NCBI RefSeq assembly: GCF_022539665.2
Contig: NC_081332.1
Coordinates: 5,642,001 to 5,706,000 of the forward strand
Direction of reading: 5' to 3'
Length of the DNA stretch: 64,000 nucleotides
Origin: Daphnia carinata
Taxonomy: Eukaryota
Positions 25,901 through 40,300 of this stretch are shown in pieces (within the stretch, counting starts at the first letter, position 1; each line of letters starts with the position of its first letter). The notes below the pieces were generated by a model. That model was not told the DNA's origin and ran no database searches. It saw nothing but the letters and a program-made list of their open reading frames with translations. The position numbers and the translations under genes were made by a program.

Positions 25901-27751
25901 CTTTAGCCAACTCGTCGACTGTGGAGGGACCTATGATGCTTCCCACAACAAAATTGGTTAAAGCGACGACTAAAATTCCCATAAATAACAATTGGGCCTG
26001 TCAAAATAAAACAATTTTATAATTAATCAAGCCGGATTAATACGTCAAATAAATTACCTTAGCCTCCCATTCCATTCCAATGCCAACGATGAGGCCCAGA
26101 ACAACAAGGGTAACAGAACCAATGATTCTGATATCATTGAGTCCTCCATCAACAATCTGGATTGCCCAGTACTCTTTGAGCATGTCAGAAAGCGCTTCGC
26201 AGAAACCAACCGTGTGAAGTGCGACGGCCATAGCGTTAGCTAAAGCAAAGATGATGCCAATGGCTGCTCCAAATTCCGGACCAAGGGAACGCGAAATCAT
26301 GAAATACGTTCCTCCCCCTTTAATTTGGCCGTTAGTACTGACGGCCGACATGGACAGGGTCGTCATAATCGTGACAGCTGTGGCCAGCAAGACAACTAGA
26401 ATAGCTTCACCGATGCCCGCTTGTCCCACAACCCAAGACAAGCGAAGGAAAAGCATAACACCCCAGATGTTTAGCAAACATCGGACGAGCACACCTTGAA
26501 CCCAACCAAATTTCACACCTCCAGCTACCGTCTCCTGTGCCGCCTCTTCATTCTATAATAAATGGCAATAAATTACAATTTCTTATTGGATCTTATTCGG
26601 ATTTCATTGGCTTTGTAAATGCATTTGAATAAAAAAAAACATGACATAAATGTGGTTGTCAATCAACGTGTACGGAGATGACTTCATCGCATTGGATTGC
26701 TACTAGGCAAATCTGACCAAAAATCTTAGGATTTCCAACGTTGTAAAACAAACAACGGTGTAGACAACAAGGCGTTGTATGTAAATAAGACATGGTAAAC
26801 ATCGCGTGATAAAATGATATAGCAGTCCCGATCAAAGGTATATGCACTTGACTTATACCACGTCTGGAAATTCTTTAGTTATTCACAAGGAAAGGTATTT
26901 GGAAGGGAAAATCAAGCGTTCTTTTTTATTTACGCATATTCGTATCCTGTGTAATAAAATGAACCACATTGCGTAATGAAATATTATTTATCACCTGTTT
27001 ATCTGTAAAACTGTATGAAGCAAGGTGCTAAACTGGCGCGTGAAACAATTGAACAACTGGCTTGGACGGATGAAAAAAAAACGTTTTTATATTAAAGATA
27101 ATTATATGCATGATTCTTGCTGCTGTTATAGCCTCGTCACAAAAAAATTTTGCACATTGTATTACCATTGTAACACCTGGCTATTGTTTACTTTTCAATC
27201 ATTCAACATAATCCTCATCTAACATCAACTTTGTGAACAAAAGCTTTCTCTAGGTGATTTACATATACGTGATAGTGGTGTAACAGATAGTTCACAAAAC
27301 AAAAGGAAATAGTAATTAGCACTAAAATAAACAAACAAACTCTAAAAAGTCTATAACTTATACCTAGTTCAATAACCTGTTTTTATCTCCTTTATAACAA
27401 TAAACGGTATGTAGCACAAGTACCTTTTGATCACAGACGTGTCCAAGATGAAGTTCATCAAGGGTTGCACGCGATCCAATCTTCAAAAAATGGGGATGAT
27501 AATTATCTGAGGAAGGCAATGTTTCGCGATCCAGATGCTCTTGCAAAGTCCTCGTTGTCCTCACACTGTTACGAAGGTGGCTTTTCTCCTCCAGGTTGGC
27601 TACATCGAGATGTATGGTGATCCTGATGCATTGAAACACGAATTTATTTATTTCAAAACAAACAATGGAAATTAACGGTATGACACCTGCTGGAAGTATT
27701 TTGTCTGCTAGCGGACGGAGTTGCAACGTTGGACGAAGGGTTTTCTTCCAT
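22932..27751 (-). CDS. SLC12A cation-chloride cotransporter, paralogue B (TM3 His)
   Basis: Same motif set and exon layout as A; N-terminal [27 protein letters not shown]; ends [18 protein letters not shown] (TAA 22934-22932). Start inferred. Confidence 0.92.
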
Positions 27752-27989
27752 CGCAGTAAAGAACAAACGAGACACAATTGAAAACCGAAGACGTCGTTAA
27801 TTAACTGTTGGTTTCGGCCAAGGTATTGCCGCCCTTATACTGGTCCTGGGTGCTGGATATACATGGAACACAAAGCGAACCGAGGGCGTACAGTTGGGAT
27901 TATCTTTACGGTCATAAAGGTAATAACAAAGATATAGTTTGGAAGAACAGTAAGTCTTTAAGCTTTAATGACACCATCATTTGAACTAG

Positions 27990-28990
27990 TTCATTTGCCG
28001 CGTGAAACGAAGGCTAAGTCAAATAATTTAGCTTCCTTGCGAAATGGGTGGCATGTTGAAAGGAGCCGTTTATCATAGTGCGTTGAATTATGTGACAAAG
28101 AAACAATTAGCATTAAAATGGGATTGACCCGGAATTGACATTGATTTTTAAAACTAGCACAAACAATTTTCATCGATCATTACATATCATTAGGTGACTC
28201 AATGATCTTGCTATTCAGAAAATGTATTCAACTTCCGCGTGTTGATTACGAGCTGGAATATGGAACTTGTTGTTTTCAGATACTGGTACTTCAATGCAAA
28301 CACATGTTCACTGATACGAAGAGGATTATTGGTTATCGGAAAAATCTGGCAGACTCTAGCGGTTATCACGACCGCTGCGGACAAGGTGCGCATGAAAGCC
28401 AACGGACAACCGCCGTGGAAAAATCCCAAATTTGCTATGTGGAACAATGAGCCAGACCCAAGGACTTTCCCAAAGTCTGATTGTTTCATGTCATGTTCAT
28501 TGTGCATTCCTCCTCTTGGCAACGATATGTAAATATGGGAACCATTAGCACACATCACGCCCACAACGTCTACGGCAGCACATTCTTGAATATGTCTTGA
28601 GTCCATGACATGGCAAAGAGTGTGGATACTGATAAACCCGTGCTGCATACATACTGTCAATGATATGCAGCGTCCTTTGAACTGTTTGCACTCTTCTTCT
28701 TTAGTCGTCACTTCTGACAGCTCACGTTCAAGTGCGGCAAAAATTATCAGTGGAATCCTGCTGGACATCCATAAAACCTTTAACCACCAGCTGTTACTTT
28801 ACACCTCGGGAAATCCGATATCGTCGTGAAAAACAAGTTTGATTGACTGAATTTCCTCTTGATTTGAAAACAGGTTCCATTTGCTTCAGACAGTGCTAAA
28901 CGTTTAAGAAAAGCGACCATTTTTCTTATTGTGTCAACACAGTTAGAGAAGGCGGATGTTTTTCTCGACAGTTTTTTACCTGACATTTGT
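27990..28990 (-). mobile_element. Possible degenerate transposase/ORF relic between SLC12 paralogues B and C
   Basis: Intron-free, coding-like, frameshifted ORF fragments (28780-28986, 28211-28768) unrelated to SLC12; family not recognisable by eye. Confidence 0.3.
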
Positions 28991-29387
28991 TCGCCATAGT
29001 TTGGGATAGCAGCCGTATTTTTTTTTCAATCATCGCTATTTGTTATGCACAAGTGCACATCACTGTTTGTGCAATCATTTTTTGGCATTCTTACAGCTCC
29101 GTTCGTAACGAGGTATTTTCTTTATCTATGGGATCGTGGAGTTCGCACACGTGGGTGGGACAACCGAGAATGAAAAAACAGGAATTAAAATTTTATTTAT
29201 GGGTACTTTACATTAGATGAGAATGATATATGTCCATGATAAATACGAAAATATTTTTAAAAAATAAACGATTCAAGTCCACCGACGTGAAAAGCATTGT
29301 ATCTATACACCAAAATCTATTGTTTTTGGATGGATGAATGGTCATCCAAACATCACTTGTTATAGTCTTCACGAAGATCTATAAAAG

Positions 29388-32300
29388 TTAAGAATAAAAG
29401 GTGAGGACGGATGTGTGGTTGCCACGAACAAGCAAGAATGGTGGCATATTGGCCGTTAATGTTTCCAGCCAGCTCATGTAGAGCGGGCCACTGACTGTTC
29501 CTTTTCGCGATATAGGCAGAGTCCTAATCCAATTTGCATCACCGTTAGAGTAACAGTAATGAACTTCATTGAAAGAGGTGTACTTACATTACTACGAGAT
29601 TGGCTTCGGTAGAATACTGCAGTAGCAATTCTCTGAGTCTCATGAAGTTGAACGTTTTCGGCTTCTGAGCCATCAGCTCTGATTCTTTAATGATTGGAGC
29701 TGGTTGTGATTATTCGTAAGAATAAAATGGGTTAGGTTAAGAAATCAATCAAATTTTCATTGACTGTACTTACCATTGGAATTTTGATTGGTCGAATCGT
29801 CATCTTTGCGTACGAAATCGTGAGTCAGTGCATCGAACCAGTTTTTCGTTTGTGAGGATGGAGGATATGTCATATCGGGGATCACAACCACGTCGGACAC
29901 AGGTATGCGGAATTTGCTCAGCAATAGCCTCATGCTGTCATACGTAACAAATAAAAAAACCTTAACAAGTTTGGCTCCAATGTTTACACGTACAATAGTG
30001 AATCTACCTTTGCTGTTTGCTGTGCTGCTCTTCGTTGGCTTCCGCCAGGCAGAATACGCGTAATTTGGAATTGGCCCAGTTCGAACGTGTGGTCAAGATG
30101 TGGGGCAATAACATCGAGAGTCCACCGTCATCATAGAGCCACCACACATCGATGGTGCCCCGTTTTTGCTTCAAACGGAAACGAAAAAGGCTGTACTGCA
30201 CTTCGGCAGGTAATTCGTTACCTTGAGGATCCCTTTTAACATTCCGGCAAAACGACATTTCAAGTGGATATTGATAGATATAGATAAGAGAATGCCTACT
30301 TGAATAAGACACGCGATTTTTTCATCCGCTTCTGTTCCACTGAAGAGACGGAAGTCATGTTGCTTTCCATGGGTGTCAATGCTATCTTGTTCCGCCTAAT
30401 TTTGCCACCTCGCGTTTCATCCAGCGTGTATTCGGAAACGGAGCTGGCCATACTTCCAGTAATGGCTGCAAACAAAATATCAGACATGCAACATGCAGCT
30501 CTTGAAAGAGTGATACACGTAAAGCAATAAGATCTATGCTTACTGTATGGTGTTCCAGTTGATGCTGTGCTACCGTCTAATGTATTAATATACTGAGGGT
30601 TGTCGATACCTTCCGACTTTTGTTTTCCATTGCTAAACTCATCCGTGACAAAGTCCCCAATGATTCCCGTGTAATCGAGCCCTTCCTGGACGCGTAGAAC
30701 CGCAACTGCGACATTCATTTCCAACGCCGTGCTATACAGAGAAACGTTCAGTAATTAAACAGGAAAATGCTAATAAAGAAAGTCTCTCAATCTGACTTGA
30801 TAGCGGCACAGTAATCGTCAATTTCGTCGTTTTTGTTTGTACGCCATTCACTTTGGAAACCGAGTAACAGAATGTTAGGCTTCATTTTCCCAACTCCCGT
30901 GGCCTGCAGCAGAGCTCCGACTCCATTCGGGAACGATAAATTATCCATTAACGAATAGAATGCTTTCGTTTTGTGAGCACGCAGCCAGCACGAAGACTTT
31001 TTGATCCTTAGAGAACGTTGTTTATGATTTTGTCTTTCCTGTTTAATAAGAACACGATGAAATGATAAAAAGGTCTTGTTTCAGTAAGATGAACTAATAC
31101 CTTCAAGATATCACCGCAGACCATTAGAGAATTGTTTTTGCAAAGAAGGTAGGCAAAGTCGACCAGAGATGGACGCATATTAGGTAAACCGGTCATGACG
31201 AGAATTTGCGGAGTATACGTTTTAACGTGATCTTCGATATTACTGAGTTGTTGAACAGTGATAAGGGCTGTCTTGTAAACTTGAGCTTGACCAGAAGAAC
31301 CCCAGTTGACATCTGCGCAAAACAGGTATGTTGTTAACATCTTATGGAATTATTATTAGCAGGGGAGTTGCTGCAATTTACCTGGTTTACGATATTTGAC
31401 AATAAGAAACAACGTCATAACGACAGTGGACGTCACCAATGCCGTGGGCCAGCTGCACAAGAACATTGCCGACACGGAAAGACCGCAGCCTAATAAGCTG
31501 AGCCATTTGTTATAATATTGGAAGGTAGGACGCCATCCTACAGGTTGGATCAGGTCAATGTGGAAGGTGGAGAAATTAACGAGCGCGTAAGATGCTAAAT
31601 AACAGTTGGTAATTAGCGGAGCAATGATGTTCAGTTGAGCTAGAAAGAGAATGAAATTCAAATGATGTAATTGATAATTTTCAATCTAAATTAAATTGTT
31701 GTGTATAACTAACCGATGAGAACGCAAGCCAAGGCGATGATAAAAGTCAAGATGTAGGCACGAAGAGGCTCCTGACTCTTGCCATAACCTTTAGCGAAAT
31801 ATTGCAAATGGGGAAAGAGACGATCTTGACATAAAGCCTGGAACACTTTAGGAGCCGAAACGAAGCAGGCCAAAGCCGAACTGAGCGTTGCGGCGAAACA
31901 TCCGGCGTAATTGAGAGGCCCAAAAGCCGAGACTAAAGTCATGACTTGGAAACTGTTGTGCAGTCCCCATTCGCAATCCTGTTCCAGGCACAGTTCGATG
32001 TAGTTATTCAGAGTAGCCGTGTCGTTATAATCAGTCGAAATTCCCGTGGCATCACGAAGTACAGTAGCTCCGGCGATGATGGCGAAAATGATGTACGAAA
32101 CGGACGTCACAGCGATGGCTAGTAAAGTGCCTTTAGGGATAGCCACTGAAGGATCCTACAGTTTTAACATTTCTTTTTTAAATCACGTCGCGCTTTAAAT
32201 AAAACTGGGGCATACCTTTAAATCGCCAGAGATATTGGCCCCAGCCAAAATGCCTGTGGCGGCTGGAAAGAAAATGGAGAAGACGGAGAAGAAATTCTGC

Positions 32301-34511
32301 TGGAATCCATCAAAAACGCGATAGTCGGAATAGAAGTTAGACGACAGCAATTCAACTGGAACGAGAAAACACAATCAACTATAAAGATCATTTCATTCCG
32401 GAATGATAAAACATTGAATTCTTACAGTCGTAACCGATGAAGCCCTTCGAAAACTTCTCAGCGTCCGTTGGCCCAATGAAACTTCCGAATATAAAGTTAG
32501 CCAACGCCACTACTAGGATCCCCATGAATAGCAACTGAGCCTGTAAAACACGAATGTGTAAACATATGAAAATACACAAATTTCAATGAACTACGAACAA
32601 ATTATACTTTAGCCTCCCATTCCATTCCGATGCCCACGATCATAGCCAGGACAATGAGCGTTACGGATCCAACGATTCGAATATCATTGATATCACCATC
32701 GACAATTTGGACTCCGAGCTCCTTGAACATGTCATTTAGCGCTTCGCAGAAACCGACCGTGTGGAGCGAGACGGCCACTGCATTAGCTAAAGCGAAGATG
32801 ATACCAATGGCCGCTCCGAACTCCGGGCCAAGGGAACGCGAAATCATGTAATACGTTCCTCCTCCTTTGATTTGGCCATTAGTACTGATGGCAGACATGG
32901 ATAAAGCCGTAAGTGAAGTGACGGCCGTGGCCAGCAGTACAATAAGAATAGCTTGTCCGATTCCAGCCTCGGCGACAACCCAAGACAAACGGAGGAAAAG
33001 CATGACGCCCCAAATGTTGAGTAAACATCGAATAAGGACACCTTGAATCCAGCCAAACTTGACACCGGTGGCAGCCGTGTCTGTTCCAGAAGTTCCATTC
33101 TGCAGGTATAACAAGTTTTGTCGCAGGTTAACTATTTGTTATGTGATTGCTTTTAATAAAAAACAGGGAGTTATTTTAATGGGCAAGGCATAATTGAGTT
33201 TGCTCTCGTTTGAAAGCTGTTGGCAATCGCCATAGGATGCCATTAGCGATGATTACGCCCAACAGCATTTTAACTTGCGGTTTTTAACAATCATGGCTCA
33301 AGGTGCCGAAATTCGATAGAAAAAACACAACAATCTGAGAGTAATTATCGTTTACAAAAATAGGACGGTCTTGGTCATGAGGATTGACTCATGTTACATC
33401 GTTTCGCAAAAATGATTGCTTCTTTTTTTTTGTTAACTATTTGGGTAGTCTCCGATGGCGATGACCATTGATCGAGAATAAGCAATTAAGTATAAAAAGC
33501 CTTGGTTCCCCATGGTTTGCCTTTTACGAGTCCTTGCTTCAATAGCTCTCGGCTATGAGAAAATTGAAAGTCCGAAGGAAAAAGGCATGTGCTTGCGCTC
33601 GTATAGATTTTCTATATAGAAAAACGATGTTCAAAAGCGTTAGATTGTTTGCCGATAACGTGGTTAATGACCAGCGTAAACTTGTCCTCGTTCTGGATTC
33701 GTAAATGACAAAAGTGTTTAGAACACACACAACTCGAAGGCTTTTTTTTTTTTTCCTTTTCTATATCCCCCTCACCAATTCACCCAAATTTAACTTTAAT
33801 ATTACATGCGAAAGGTCTGTGTGCTACTTCCTTTCCTTCCACCAACATACGAAATACTATTCTACATGACACGTCTATACATTCGCGTAGCAATAAAAAA
33901 CATTTTGAAATACCCGTTGGATGCCATGGTCTGTCCCGAGATGCAATTCGTCTAAGGTAGCCCGTGCTGCAACGGAATGCGCTTGATAGTTGTCCAAAGA
34001 TGGTAGAGTCTCACGACTCAAATGGTGTCGTAAAGGCCTGTTCGTTCGGACGCTATCACGCAGGTGAGCTTTTAACGCACTTCCGTAGCGGTTCTGGTCG
34101 AGAACAGCCGGCAGTAAACTAATTCTGTGAATAATTCAATTGTTTGTATTTTTTTAAACGTTAATTGCTGTTTACTATAACAAATACAAAAAGTACGAAC
34201 CCTTTAGAATGTTCACGGATGCTTCCAATGCCTCCAATGGCTGACGGACGTGCAGGTTGCGATAGATTGATATCATCAATGGTAACGTAAGAAGAAGCGG
34301 TAAATTCGGACCGGTTGGCGTTTGACTGCTGGCCGTGATTCACTGATGCCCTACGTCTTGGCATATTGACCATCATCATTTCACTAGTGTCCAGTCGTTG
34401 GATGCTGAAACGCGAAACACGCTGAGGTGGATGACGATTAGAATCCTCTTCCCGAATCTGATTGGGTAGGACGATGTCACATCCGGCATCTAAATGATGT
34501 TGGTTCTCCAT
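29388..34511 (-). CDS. SLC12A cation-chloride cotransporter, paralogue C (TM3 His; RFxI motif)
   Basis: Full motif set; longer N-terminus with VSRFSI; ends [18 protein letters not shown] (TAA 29390-29388). Confidence 0.92.
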
Positions 34512-37365
34512 TTTTTTTTTTTAATTTTATAAGGCAGTAGGATTTAAATTGACAATAGTCCACGTGATAGAGAGTGAAATAGAAAAAAAAAAAACTATAA
34601 ATAACTTGGGATTTCAATCGATAACGCCGGCCAAGAAACGGGCCATTGTTGGTCGACAGAAAATGAGCGGGACACGTTTTTTTCAACAAGGAGTATATCT
34701 TCGGCAGCGGATGGAAGGCAATTGGGCCTCCTTCCTTTCTCTTGCTGGCCTTTTTATTGGATTACGAGTCCTTGGAACACCTTCTGGGTTCGGTGCGAGT
34801 GTACTTTACACGCTCTCTCTCTATTACGTTATGGCCCCCGCCGCGCTGCCTCTTGTTGCTTGTGCGTCTCGTGTCCCTCATCTATAGCAAACCGGTTCTT
34901 TATTTTCTTGACGGGAAAATAATACGGTACTTTTTTTGTGTGTGTCTCAACACGTTTTTTTTTTTCATCCGCCGTGCAACGCCTATATACATCCCGCAAT
35001 TATCGGGCGCTTATCTCTATCTGTACACATATCCGGTGTTTGTGTACAAGACCTGCCGCTCTTTTATTTTAATATTAATTGCATATCCCGTTTCGTGATA
35101 AAAATAAACTGATCAACATGCGTTTGGAAATTCCTTGTTAATATTTTTCGTTTGCTGTTTGTGACCGATTTGTTATCACTGGCGTGGCGGCCTTCGTAAC
35201 GAGCAAAGAGCTGTTATTCTCTTCCAAGTTTATACCGTTTGCTAAACACCCATAAAATAGTCGTATTCTTTTTTTTTATTATTATTGCGATGAAATTTTC
35301 AAATTAAAAGTATTGAAACAACAACACATTTTCAAGATCGATAGTCTTTTTCTGGGGCTATTATTGCTCGACCGGATAGAATCGCTCAATTGAATCAAGG
35401 CACGTGAAATCTCTGCAAACGTTCAATGTAAAGGACGAGATAACCTTGAAGCCATTAGCACAACAAACTACGACGAAAAATTGTCAGGCAAAAATTACAT
35501 CATGCGACATACCAAATAAGTTAGTTCATCAGCAAACTTGACCTAATATTATGCGCTCTGTCAATGTCTTATCCTGTTCTTTGCATGCTTAACATGCAAA
35601 GCTTCATTACATGCGCGCAGTGGCTTTAAAAAAAGAGCTTGAGGTCGCACCCTAAAGAAAGTAAACTATCACATTTTATAGTGCTTCGGGTTTTGCAACT
35701 GTTAAAAAGCTTGTTTATCGCCACTGGAGATCCTATATTTGTTTGTGTTTTAATGTATTCATGAGAGGTGCGCATTGAAAAAAAATCTATGAATATTTTC
35801 CTTCGATCGACCAGTCGATCAATGTTTTTTTTTTTGCGAGTCCAATCGTAAGAAACAATTCCAGACAGACGCGATTGTTGATGCATTTGCAATTGAATAA
35901 AATATAGGCCTTCTTATTTTACGTCTGGCTGCTGTTAACATAAATTCCTTGACCCAGTTCGTTAAACTCGTGTTTCTCCACCCCACCCAAACATTTCTAT
36001 CGATTCTTTTTTTGTTTTGTTTCAAAATTAAAGAGAATCAAACTAAATGATGTGCAATTGTGTGGCTTTTGGATTTCATGGCACACAGTACGTCTTTCTA
36101 CGTTGATTTACCTGTTTGCCCCCAGTCGATGTTTTTGGCAATTTTGGTTTCTTAAAGATACTGCGTAGTGGTATGTTCTACGGCCTGCGTTGATGGAGAT
36201 GCTTTGAACGACGTAGTTAGTAAAGCGTCGACGTGCCGAGAGTTCGTTTCCTTATACTTATTATATGAACCTGTTTACTGATTACGCTCGTATCGTGTGA
36301 AACTCAATGTCCTGGTTGATTAGAAAGGTCTTTTAGTACGTGAGTGCGAAAAGTAGGTTCACTTAACGAACAAGCACGTACCACAGTTTATTAGTTTCGT
36401 GAGAATTAAAGGGATGACGAGCTTGCTACATCGCACACAATAATCTATATTGATCTCGTGCTATAAATTCTAATCTCAGCTGATTACGACAGTTTCCGAT
36501 ACCTCTCGTTAGCTTACACACGCGATCCGGTTTGATCAGGATATTAGCCCCACATCCTTGCCCGAGGATGTTTAACTTCATAATCTGCATCCATCCTACG
36601 ATTAGTGTCAAGATCTGAGGATTTCAACATTCACGTGTTCGGGTACATTGATAATTGAAACCAGTTTGCTCTTTTCAAAAGGCTGTTGGGAAACTTGCAA
36701 ATTTTTGCATTCCATTTGCAAGTAAACAAAAAAAAAAAAATATACCGCGGGAGAAAACATGAACTTTCACTTGGCACTTGCGTGTCTGGCCCACAGATCG
36801 CCATCTTCCAAGGTAACCTGTTGCTCTCCTTCTTTTTCTGTGTTCTATATATCCAAGATGAAATAGCCTGTGCGCGCAAAAATCAGCAATAAATTAAAGG
36901 CATTCCAGTTCCGGGTGTTGTTACAACCATATATATATATAAGTCTGCTCTTGTTTTATAACTTGTTCCATGACCTAAACGATGGCCGTTACAAAACCAG
37001 GCTGTGCCAAGTGGTTTTTCCCGATGATGTTTTACCTGCCCGTCGGCCATGGAAAGAGAAAAAAAAACGAGTATCGGCCGACAGGTCTTTTTCTTCTTCG
37101 CGACCTTGGTACCACGGTACACGAGGAGTGTTATTTAAGAATATCCAGCAGCAACGAACAAACAGGTAGGTCGCAATTCGTTTAATTCTTTTTTTCCGCA
37201 TTTGATTTGCTATCGTCTCGTAAGAAAGAGACTTGATATAACTATAACAAGGTTATTACAACAGTTTTAGTTAACGCGATAGACACTATAGCGCTTTATA
37301 ATGAACCGGATTATTTTGCGGTTCGATTTTTTTTTTTTTTATGATACCCTCTGCCGATTTTGGTA

Positions 37366-40300
37366 TTAAGAGTAGAAGGTCAGTACAGACGATTGGTTGC
37401 CTCTGATCAGCAAAAAGGGTGGCATATTGGCGGACAAGGTCTCCAACCAAGCCATGTAGAGTGGGGCGCCGATAGTTCCTTTACGGGGCATCGGCAGTGT
37501 CCTTTAATTAATTATTGATTAAAAAGGCAATTTAAAAAAAAATTCTAAAATTATCATGTTGAGATTGATTCGCTTACATTACTACCAAATTGGATTCGGA
37601 AGAATGTTCAATCAACAGCTCTCGCAATCTTAAATGACGATCGGTTTTGGTACGCATAGCAACCAGTTCTGTTACTAAAAATGAAAAAAGAAAATGGGAT
37701 CAAAACATTCGATGATTGTTTTGCATACAAACACAGGGCGCACGTATACCTGGCAGTTGGTCACGGCCAACAAAATCCCGGATGAGGCCATCAAACCATG
37801 TTTTCGTCGGTTCTTTAGGTGGTTGTTTAATATCCTTAATGACCGTCAAATCCGAATAAGTGATTCGAAATTTAGCTAAAAGAGCCGCCATCCTGTATGT
37901 ACGTGAATGCAGCTTTGTTTTAAAGAGATATCTTGTTTGCTAATTTCCGGATTTACCCTTTCCGTTCGTTCTCTAAATCTTCGTGACCCGTTGCGACGCA
38001 AAAGACGCGCAATTTACATGAAGACCAGTTTGATCTCGTATGGATAATGTGGGGAAGTAATAACGTCAGCCCTGAAGTGTATGCAAAATTGAGACATTGA
38101 AATGTCCTTTTTTTCAATATCGTGATGCAGGGCTGAAAATGGATTACCTCCATCGTCGTAGAGCCACCAGACGTCGATCAAACCTCTTCGCTGTTTACAT
38201 CGGAAGGTAGTAATGCAAGTAACAATGTGCTTTGGCAACGCTTTCCCTCGTCGATCCCTTTTCATTTGAAGTAGTTTAACAAGGTTTTATGAGGATCTTT
38301 TTTTTCGAACTTACGTTAATATCGGAGAATCCAATTTGGACCGTTTTCTTGTTCTTTTGTTTTCCACTTCGACTTGCACCGCCTCGTCTTGGTTTCCCAC
38401 GGTAATTTCTGATCCTGACGCTGAATCCATGCTGATTGTGCTTGCTTTACGTTGTTTACAAAGAACTCACAAGTCAGAGATGAAAAGATACGTATCAACG
38501 TGATTAACGTCCACATACCTGAGGATGACCGATGCAGGTTGCCCAACGTGTTAAGAATATAATCTTCGTCGTCTAGATCAGTTAACATAGCGGTGTAATC
38601 CAGACCTTCTGGCGTACGGAGAATGGCCACCGCTACGTGCAGATCAAAGCCCGTGCTAAGGGGATATCTCATTATTTAAAAATTGAATTTGGAATGAATC
38701 GAGAGCTTCTACTGACTGTATGGCAGCAAAGTAGTGGTCGAGTGAGTGATGTTCGCAGACTTGCCAATCGTTCTTGAAGCCGAGCAGCAAGATGTTGGGT
38801 TTCATTTTGCCAACACCTGCGGCTTGAAGTAGAGCTGACGTTCCTTGTTGCAAGTTCACGTCGTTAACCAGTGTGAAAAAGCCATTAATCCTGTGATCCC
38901 ATAAATATTGATAAGCTTTCTTGCTTATTTGACTTCGATCGTTTGAAGATTGGTGGCCCTACATGAAGAAAGTCGAAATGAATTTACAGCTTGCTTCATC
39001 CAAAAATAAAGAACTCACTTTCATAATATTAGCGCAGATGAGTATGGAATTCTTCTTGCAAATGAGATAAGCAAAATCGACGAGCGCTGGACGAGAAGCT
39101 GGATGCCCAGTCAGAGCCAAAATCTGAGGCCTATAGTTTTTAACATGATCCTCGACGTGCACCAACTGTTGGATGCTAGTCAACGCCTCACTGTAAGTCT
39201 GTGCTTGGCTTGATGATCCCCAGTTGACCTCTATCGCATTAAAGTGTTAATACGATTTAATAAAGTATTCTTTTTCGTGGTACCTACCTGGATTTCTGTA
39301 GTGAACGATGAGGTAGAAAAAGAGGACGATGGCTATCGTGATGAGAGCCACTGGCCAGCTTATCAAAAACATACCAACCACACATAAAGCGGCTGTTAGC
39401 AAGCTCAGCCACATGTTGTAGTACTGTTAAAGCAACACAATTATTAATCATAATTGACTGTCGAATCACGCGTCCAGCTAATTGGATGTTAAATGAAACG
39501 TTTCTCTATCCCTATAAGTGTTATGCGGATCACGTAATCCATTTCAATTGCGCTGTCATTGAAATTCGTGCCAGCGTTCGTGATTCCGTTCAAACACAAC
39601 ACGCCATCTATACAGAACGAGCTGAACGCTCCGGCACATACAACTGAGCTTATCATACGTTTTTTTCTTTGTGTGGACAATTGCTCGTTTCACACGTTTC
39701 CTGTGTACCTTAAAGGTGGGTCGCCAACCGATCGGCTTGACCAAACTGACGTGGAACGTCGAATAATTCATGAGGGCGAACGTGGCCAAGAAAAAATTGG
39801 AAATCAACAGAGCGATCACGTCCAAATGGGCTGTGAAAAAGCAAAATAGCAAATTCAAAACATTTAGGTTACATTTGAATAAAGAAAAAAAAATACAGGA
39901 ACTCTTACCGATCAAGACAAAGACGAGCGCTAGGACGAAAGTAAAAGCGTACGCTCTAATCGGTTCATTGGATTTTCCGTAACCTTTACCCAGAACGCCA
40001 ACTAACCAATAAGGATAGAGTTTGTCTTCGGCGATGACCTGCAACAGTTTCGGACAAGAGACGTAACTGGCCAGCGCCGAGCTAAGACTAGCGGCAAAGC
40101 ATCCGGCGTAATTTAACGGGCCGAAACCCGAAATGAGCGTCATTGCCTAAAGTCGTGTGGAAGACTGATCTTTTACATCAGTCATTTAAATTTGGATCCA
40201 TTTCATGGCTTGTTTACTTGGTAATCGTAATAAATTCCGTAAGTGCAGTTGTTGGAGACGCAGTCCAAATGAGTCCCATTTCTAAAATCGTCCACGCTGC

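Noticed and set aside
34549..37200. Many 60-120 aa ORFs upstream of paralogue C
   Set aside because: Homopolymer-rich, F/K-biased, with no splice-consistent gene model; non-coding.
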